Positions 59,001-64,000 of a DNA stretch of 64,000 nt are shown one piece after another (positions within the stretch are counted from its first letter, which is position 1; each line of letters starts with the position of its first letter). The stretch is from assembly GCA_002269645.1 (NCBI GenBank), contig NIVC01001136.1, positions 1 to 64,000 of the forward strand, read 5' to 3'. A program made the translations under genes and the position numbers. Source of the DNA: Macrostomum lignano. Its lineage: Eukaryota. The notes beneath the pieces are model-generated. The model saw only the letters and a program-made list of their open reading frames with translations, was not told the origin of the DNA and searched no databases.

Positions 59001-62000
59001 GCCTGACCGCGCCGTAGCTGCAGCGAGTTGCCTTGCACTTTGGTCACAGTCCAGGGCTCGCTCTCAAATGGGGTTTGGCCCTTCAGCGGGTTGACGCGTT
59101 TCCGCAGCACCTGGTCGCCGACCGCGTAGTTGTGCTCTCTTGGTCTTCGAGCAGCGTCGGCGTGCCGCTTCATCGTCAGCTTCTGCTTGCGGTCGTGCTC
59201 CCGCAGCTCCTTGTCGTTGATGCGCACCCGCGCTGGTGGCCGCCGGCCGGGGACGCCGTTGCCCAAAGCGCGGCCCATCAGCAGCTCCGCGGGTGCGCGT
59301 CCGGTTGTGGCGTGCGGCGCCGTCCGGTACGCCAGAATCCACTCGTCCAGAGCCTCGCGCCAGTCCCTGCTCTCCGCGATTGCAGCGCGGACGACCTTGT
59401 TGATCGATCTGTTCAGGCGCTCGGTCATGCCGTTGGCCGCAGGGTAGAGCGGAGTGATGGCCCGGTGTCGAATTCCGAAGCTCCTGAGGAAGTCCTTGAA
59501 CTGCGCCGACGAGAATGGAGGCCCATTGTCCGTAACGAGCTCCTCTGGGATGCCGAACCTGCAGAATGATTCCCGCAGCTTCGGGATGACTGCCTCCGCT
59601 GTAGTAGACTGCATGACCTGCACCTCGGGATACCGGGAGTAGTGATCCACGCAGACGAGCAGCATCTTGTTCTGCACCGGACCGAGGAAGTCGGCGCCAA
59701 TCGACAGCCAGGCGCCCTTGGGGATGCTGGACGACTGCAGTGGCGTCGCACTGACTGTCGGCTTATGTGATGTCATGATGCAGCTGCGGCAACTGCTGAC
59801 GGCCTTGTCCGCATCTGCGCTCATCTTTGGCCACCAGACTTTGCTGCTCAGCCTGGCCAGTGTCTTCCGCAGTCCCAGGTGTCCGGCATGTGCGAGGCGC
59901 AACATTGTCTCCCGGAGGCTGCTTGGCACCACAATCCTGTCCCGCCGAAGCAGCACTCCGTCCTCCTCAGCAAGCTCGTCTCGTAGTGCATACAGTGACC
60001 TCAGCTCCGGGTGGCCGAGGTCCCACCTGGCTCCCTGGATGGCGGCGATTGCGGCTTTGATCAGCGGGTCAGCCTGCGAGTGCCGCCTGATGTCCTCTAC
60101 CGTGAGCGCTCTCGGCACCGCGGCCTGCAGTACCGCGCCGATGCTGGCGGAGTTCTGCTGTGCATCTTTGTTGTGCCCGGATGTCGCTAGCGGTTGTCGG
60201 CTGAGGATGTCTGCCGCATTCTGGGGCCCTGGGCGATACACCACCTTGAAGTTCATGTGCTGAATCTGCAGAGCCATTCGCTCGACTCTAGGAGGCGGCC
60301 TCGACCCTGGCGCCAGCATGTTGACCAACGGCCTGTGGTCCGTGATCACATCGAATCGAGGTGCGTCGTGCAGGTAGTATTGGAATCGGAGACATCCGAA
60401 TTTCACTGCCAGCGCCTCCTTTTCAGTCTGTGAGTATCTGGACTCTACATCGGAGAGCGACCGGCTGGCATAGGCCACTGGTCTTGAAGTGCCATCTTCT
60501 CGCCGCTGCGCCAAGATGGCTACGAGTCCCCTCGGACCGGCGTCGACTATGAGCTCGGTTCGCAGTCTCTGGTCGAAAAAGCTAAGGGCGCCGGCTTCCG
60601 TGATCTGCTGTTTCAGCTGCTTGAAAGCGGCGTCTTCAGCTTCGCTCCATCTCCAGACCGCGCCTTTCTTCGTCAGGCGCCGCAGTGGCTCAGCGATTTT
60701 TGACAGCTGCGATGTGAACACAGCCAGGTAGTTGACAAGGCCTAGAAATGACCTCACCTGGCTGGTGGTCTCTGGAGCCTTGAATGCCTTGACTGTCTCG
60801 ATCTTGTCTTCGGTGGGCTGCACTCCACTGGCTGAGAGCTGCATGCCCATGAATGTGATCTTGTCTCTGGCCAGCTTGCACTTTCCGGGATTGAGCGTGA
60901 CGCCGTGCTGCTGGAGGCGGGCGAGGCATGCTGCCAGATTCCTGTTGTGCTCCTCCAAGGAGTTCCCGAAAACAACGATGTCGTCATGAATCCACTTGAC
61001 CTTGTCGAGTCCAGCCAGGATGCCTGACATGACGACTTGGAGGATTTCCTGAGCCGTGGAGAGGCCCATGCACAACCGCTTGAGCCGTCGCAGCCCCCGT
61101 GGTGTCGAGAAGGTCAGCAGGTTCCTGCAGCTTTCCGCCACAAGGATCTGGTAGAAAGCCTTGGCAACATCCAGCTCCGAGAAGACTTTGGCGCCTGCCA
61201 TGCACCCAGTCACCTCCTCGAAAGTTGGGATTTGATGTCGCTCCCTGATGACAAACCTGTTGACATCTCGGAGGTCCTGGGTGATTCGAACTTCGCCGGT
61301 CTGCGCCTTTGGCACCACGACCATCCGAGCCACCCAGGGTGCCGGCCCGTTGACAGGCTCGATGATGTCTAGGTCCTCGAGCAGCTTGAGCTCCTTGTCG
61401 ACCGCTGCGGCCAGGTGGACAGGAACCCTTGAGGGCGCGTGGCAGACCGGCCTGGCGTCCTCCGTCAGGTGGATCGTTGCCGTGTAGTTCTTGACGCATC
61501 CGATGCCGCTGAACACCTGAGCGTGCTTGGTGAGGATGTGTCTCAGCTGCAGTTGCTTAGGGAGGTCTTCGTCCGCTAGTCGATTTCCTTTGAGCAGTTG
61601 GTCGATGAGGCCCTCTGATCGGTGGACGGCGAGAACCTCGGGTGTCGGCTGACTGCTGGGCGGGCCGATACGGAGGATCTCCATTTCGATTGCAGATTTT
61701 CTGCCGAGGACCGTCGCGCCCCTGCCGTCGAATATAAAAAAGGGCGCGTCTCTGGAGACACCAAAAACATTTACAGGCAGAGTCACCTTGCCGACCAGCT
61801 TCAGTGGGTGCGAGCTTCCGTAGGCAAACAGCTGGCTGCTGGCTGGCTGCAGTGGGGGTCGGTGTGGCAGGCCATTGAAACTGCTGACGTCCATGATGTT
61901 GCAACCGGCCCCGCTGTCGATAATGATGTTCATGGAGGTGCCGCCGATTTGAGCGGTCACTCTCGCTGACGCCGGGTCACTGGCCACGTGGAAGATTCCC

Positions 62001-63933
62001 TCCTGGACTGGAGCTGAGTCTTTGTCCAGCAGGTAGGTCACATTCTCCTGCTCGCTCGGGATGGCGTTGAGCTGGCCGGCCTTACTGGACCTGCACGCAC
62101 GGGCGAAATGTCCGATTTTGCCGCATTTCCTGCAGGACTTGCCCCGGGCGGTGTCGCATTCAGCATGCCCTTGTCTGCCGCACCGGTTGCAGGTGACCTG
62201 CGACTTTCCGTCTGCCGCTCTCGAGCCGCGGCCGCTGCTGCTCACTGCTGCCACGTCCTCCGGCACCGGTCGGCTGCCGAGCTCCATTGCTTGCGCCTGT
62301 CGCTCCGCTGTTTCTCTGGCGCGGATCTTGGTCAGCGTGTCAGCCAGGCTGATGTCGCCTGACTGGAGCAGATCGCGCCGCATTTTCTCAGACCGGCAGT
62401 ACGCCACAATCTTGTCCCGGATTAGCGAGTTGCTTAAGTCGCCGAACTTGCATGGCTCCGCCAGTTTCTTCAGTCGGACATACCAGGCATCGATTCCTTC
62501 GCCCTCTAGCTGTCGGCAGGTCTCAAACATGTATCGTAGGAAGACGATGTTGTTTTTCTTGTCCAGGTGGCTTTGAATGTTTTCTGCTAGTTTCTTGGCT
62601 GATTCGCCTCGTGCAATGCTGTTGTCTTCGACGAGCGAGTGGATGAATTCGCCGGCTGAGTAGAGTAGGATTTCTTGAGCTTGATTTTCATCTTTGATGC
62701 CGGCCGCGACAAGGTAGCTCTCAAAGCGCCGAGTCCAATTTTTCCACTTTTGTGCGATGGTATGCGGCTCACCTTCTGCATCGAAGGTGCCAGGTGGCGA
62801 TAGTGCTATGGCTTGCGACGCCATGTAAGAGTTTAATGCATGATTTGGCAGTTGCACGAAGAAGTACGAAAGCCACAGTGGGCGAGACGATGTTATTTAT
62901 TTAATATTTAGTCGGCTACTGCATTGCGTGGGGTGGTGGTCGTAAATGTACACTTTGCTTACTACGAGTACAGATAAGGGGGCGAGAGTTAGAGAGAGAA
63001 AGCCGGCTGACGTACGGAGCCGGAAAAATGGGGTGGGCGCTCTATAGCAAATCAATGGCTCACAGGCTGTAATCCCTTTCCCTGACTGAATAGGGATTTG
63101 TCCTCCAATTCATTCAGCTAGTCGTAGCAAAAAAGCCAAAAACGGCTGTCTAATTTTTTAAAACAATTTTTTTTCAACTTCGGTTTCAATCAAGAACCAA
63201 AACGAGGGATGCAGAAAACAAAAACTTTGAATATTTCCCGGTAACGTCGTTCAGTCATTGCTTCGAAAACATCAATTAGGCAGGCAAAATTAACAAATGC
63301 ACGCAAAATTTCCTGGGCGGGATTTTGGTCTTTTTTATGCGAAATTCTTAAAAACTTCGGCTCCTTCCCCGGTGTGAAAAAAATTAAATAGCTTCAGTTT
63401 CTTTGCTGAAACTACATCTGCAGAGGGACGCCAGCTACAGAGGGGGCGCCAGCTACAGAGGGGGCGCTAGCTACAGAGGGGGCGCCAGCTACAGAGGGGG
63501 CGCCAGCTACAGAGGGGAGGCGCTAGCTGCAGAGGGGGGCTCTAGCTGCAGAGGGGGCGCTAGCTGCAGAGGGGAGGCGCTAGCTACAGAAAGGCGCCAG
63601 CTGCAGAGGGGGCGCCAGCTACAGAGGGGGCGCCAGCTACAGAGGGGAGGCGCTAGCTACAGAAAGGCGCCAGCTGACACAGCCGAAAACTACAGAGGTC
63701 TCTGTGACTGCTGTTGGAAGCTGGCTGCAACGTACTGCTTCCCGACCAATATTTCCGCTATTATATCTGTTTCAGTCGTGTGCTATGGAGTCTCAGCGGT
63801 ATTAATGGGCCTAATTTCGACTCGATTCGGTGGAACGGTGCTTCAGGCATCGCTTTCTTTCTCTGGTTCTTTTGGTGCCCCATTGCTTGGACTGTTTTCA
63901 ATGGGAGTTCTATTCCCGTTCGTTAATAAATAT
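50091..63933 (+). CDS. SLC5/SSF sodium:solute symporter (SLC5A6/A8/A12-like), 12 exons in the window, continuing beyond it
   Basis: Phase-consistent exons 50091-50295, 51646-51908, 53174-53242, 53346-53397, 54157-54230, 54472-54552, 54645-54718, 55746-55883, 56417-56552, 57959-58044, 58157-58272, 63776-63933. Motifs: ILGGPAEIY, YLELRF, GGLKAVIWTDVFQ, SQASVQRY, AGALSSVSSSLSALA. Confidence 0.93.
50430..50800. repeat. 16-bp tandem repeat (CGGTAGTTTCCTCGAT) in SLC5 intron 1
   Basis: About 20 near-identical units with degenerate copies upstream. Confidence 0.95.
51527..51634. repeat. (TTAC)n-based microsatellite directly before the exon-2 acceptor
   Basis: Seen directly. Confidence 0.95.
52215..53125. 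repeat. 37-bp satellite (GACTGTCGTAAAGAGTTTTCTGTAGCTGACGTCACGG) with higher-order variants, SLC5 intron 2
   Basis: Period 37 (52261, 52298); about 24 units; many contain TGACGTCA. Confidence 0.95.
53660..54060. repeat. ~20-bp GC-rich repeat (GGCGCCCCTGTCTCTCGGTT), SLC5 intron 4
   Basis: Period 20 at 53941-54020. Confidence 0.95.
55040..55615. repeat. (GAGAG)n pentamer purine tract, SLC5 intron 7
   Basis: Seen directly; it produces the spurious RRGEE/LSSPL ORFs. Confidence 0.95.
57150..57715. repeat. ~46-48-bp repeat (TTTTATGATTTTTAGGCATGGTACATGTGCGGGGGGCCGTAGCC), SLC5 intron 9
   Basis: About 12 units. Confidence 0.95.
58312..63064 (-). mobile_element. Full-length, very young Ty3/Gypsy (Mag-like) LTR retrotransposon, 4753 bp, antisense in SLC5 intron 11
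   Basis: LTRs 58312-58552 and 62824-63064 (241 bp, TG...CA, one mismatch seen); 5-bp TSD GGCTG at 58307-58311 and 63065-63069; primer-binding site TGGCGTCGC next to the 5' LTR; polypurine tract (PPT) GAGGAGAGA next to the 3' LTR. Confidence 0.98.
58826..62824 (-). CDS. Single Gag-Pol polyprotein (Gag with two Zn knuckles, protease, RT, RNase H, integrase), 1332 aa from ATG 62824
   Basis: CNRCGRQGHAEC and CRKCGKIGHFARAC; IIIDSGA; WIHDDIVVFG; VDAGP...TEKEALAV...TDHRPL; H...H...C..C; ADFLG/TDNGPPF/NGMTERLN. No stops or frameshifts. Confidence 0.96.
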   Translation of the reverse strand: MASQAIALSPPGTFDAEGEPHTIAQKWKNWTRRFESYLVAAGIKDENQAQEILLYSAGEFIHSLVEDNSIARGESAKKLAENIQSHLDKKNNIVFLRYMFETCRQLEGEGIDAWYVRLKKLAEPCKFGDLSNSLIRDKIVAYCRSEKMRRDLLQSGDISLADTLTKIRARETAERQAQAMELGSRPVPEDVAAVSSSGRGSRAADGKSQVTCNRCGRQGHAECDTARGKSCRKCGKIGHFARACRSSKAGQLNAIPSEQENVTYLLDKDSAPVQEGIFHVASDPASARVTAQIGGTSMNIIIDSGAGCNIMDVSSFNGLPHRPPLQPASSQLFAYGSSHPLKLVGKVTLPVNVFGVSRDAPFFIFDGRGATVLGRKSAIEMEILRIGPPSSQPTPEVLAVHRSEGLIDQLLKGNRLADEDLPKQLQLRHILTKHAQVFSGIGCVKNYTATIHLTEDARPVCHAPSRVPVHLAAAVDKELKLLEDLDIIEPVNGPAPWVARMVVVPKAQTGEVRITQDLRDVNRFVIRERHQIPTFEEVTGCMAGAKVFSELDVAKAFYQILVAESCRNLLTFSTPRGLRRLKRLCMGLSTAQEILQVVMSGILAGLDKVKWIHDDIVVFGNSLEEHNRNLAACLARLQQHGVTLNPGKCKLARDKITFMGMQLSASGVQPTEDKIETVKAFKAPETTSQVRSFLGLVNYLAVFTSQLSKIAEPLRRLTKKGAVWRWSEAEDAAFKQLKQQITEAGALSFFDQRLRTELIVDAGPRGLVAILAQRREDGTSRPVAYASRSLSDVESRYSQTEKEALAVKFGCLRFQYYLHDAPRFDVITDHRPLVNMLAPGSRPPPRVERMALQIQHMNFKVVYRPGPQNAADILSRQPLATSGHNKDAQQNSASIGAVLQAAVPRALTVEDIRRHSQADPLIKAAIAAIQGARWDLGHPELRSLYALRDELAEEDGVLLRRDRIVVPSSLRETMLRLAHAGHLGLRKTLARLSSKVWWPKMSADADKAVSSCRSCIMTSHKPTVSATPLQSSSIPKGAWLSIGADFLGPVQNKMLLVCVDHYSRYPEVQVMQSTTAEAVIPKLRESFCRFGIPEELVTDNGPPFSSAQFKDFLRSFGIRHRAITPLYPAANGMTERLNRSINKVVRAAIAESRDWREALDEWILAYRTAPHATTGRAPAELLMGRALGNGVPGRRPPARVRINDKELREHDRKQKLTMKRHADAARRPREHNYAVGDQVLRKRVNPLKGQTPFESEPWTVTKVQGNSLQLRRGQATCRRHCTALKALPPEPDLVEPQAAAPDAAGPADVEQNVPIAHTPHPRAAKEGFKVYT
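63415..63680. repeat. 18-bp repeat (GCCAGCTACAGAGGGGGC), SLC5 intron 11
   Basis: Period 18 at 63430 and 63448. Confidence 0.9.
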
Positions 63934-64000
63934 GTAAGTGCACTGGTTAAGATACTAGATTAAAGTACAATGGTTAAGATACTAGACTAAAGTACAATAG

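Noticed and set aside
60960-61010. RT motif IHDD instead of YxDD as a sign of inactivity or novelty
   Set aside because: Both catalytic Asp residues are present, and non-Tyr residues at this position are common in Mag-type Gypsy RTs.

Overview
Eukaryotic genomic DNA with GT-AG introns and very dense tandem repeats, probably from an invertebrate. A free-living flatworm is my guess, but the sequence does not prove it. (1) ~1-19,140: a large, apparently intact Polinton/Maverick (adintovirus-like endogenous dsDNA virus). It encodes pPolB, dUTPase, a PLA2-like protein, packaging ATPase, minor and major capsid proteins, an rve integrase with chromodomain, basic core proteins and an adenain protease, plus several spliced accessory genes. 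The best candidate for a new system is a divergent TATA-binding-protein (TBP) homolog at 5731-6288. It coincides with a non-canonical TATAAG(C) box that recurs ahead of the virion-module genes, mostly 50-61 nt upstream of the start codon, while the replication-side gene has canonical TATAAATA. This suggests an element-encoded late-transcription switch, conceptually like the beta/gamma-herpesvirus vTBP/TATT system (inference). (2) 19-34 kb: repeat-rich intergenic DNA with a MITE-like element, compound satellites and an internally deleted piggyBac. (3) Host genes: a dual-specificity phosphatase, a Ser/Thr kinase with coiled-coil tail (minus strand), three tandem PAN-like/fibrinogen-related genes with a gene-conversion-like mosaic, and an SLC5 sodium/solute symporter. 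The SLC5 introns carry several unrelated tandem-repeat families and a very young, intact Ty3/Gypsy retrotransposon (241-bp LTRs with 1 mismatch, GGCTG target-site duplication (TSD)). All gene models, alignments and counts were made by eye; no searches were run.
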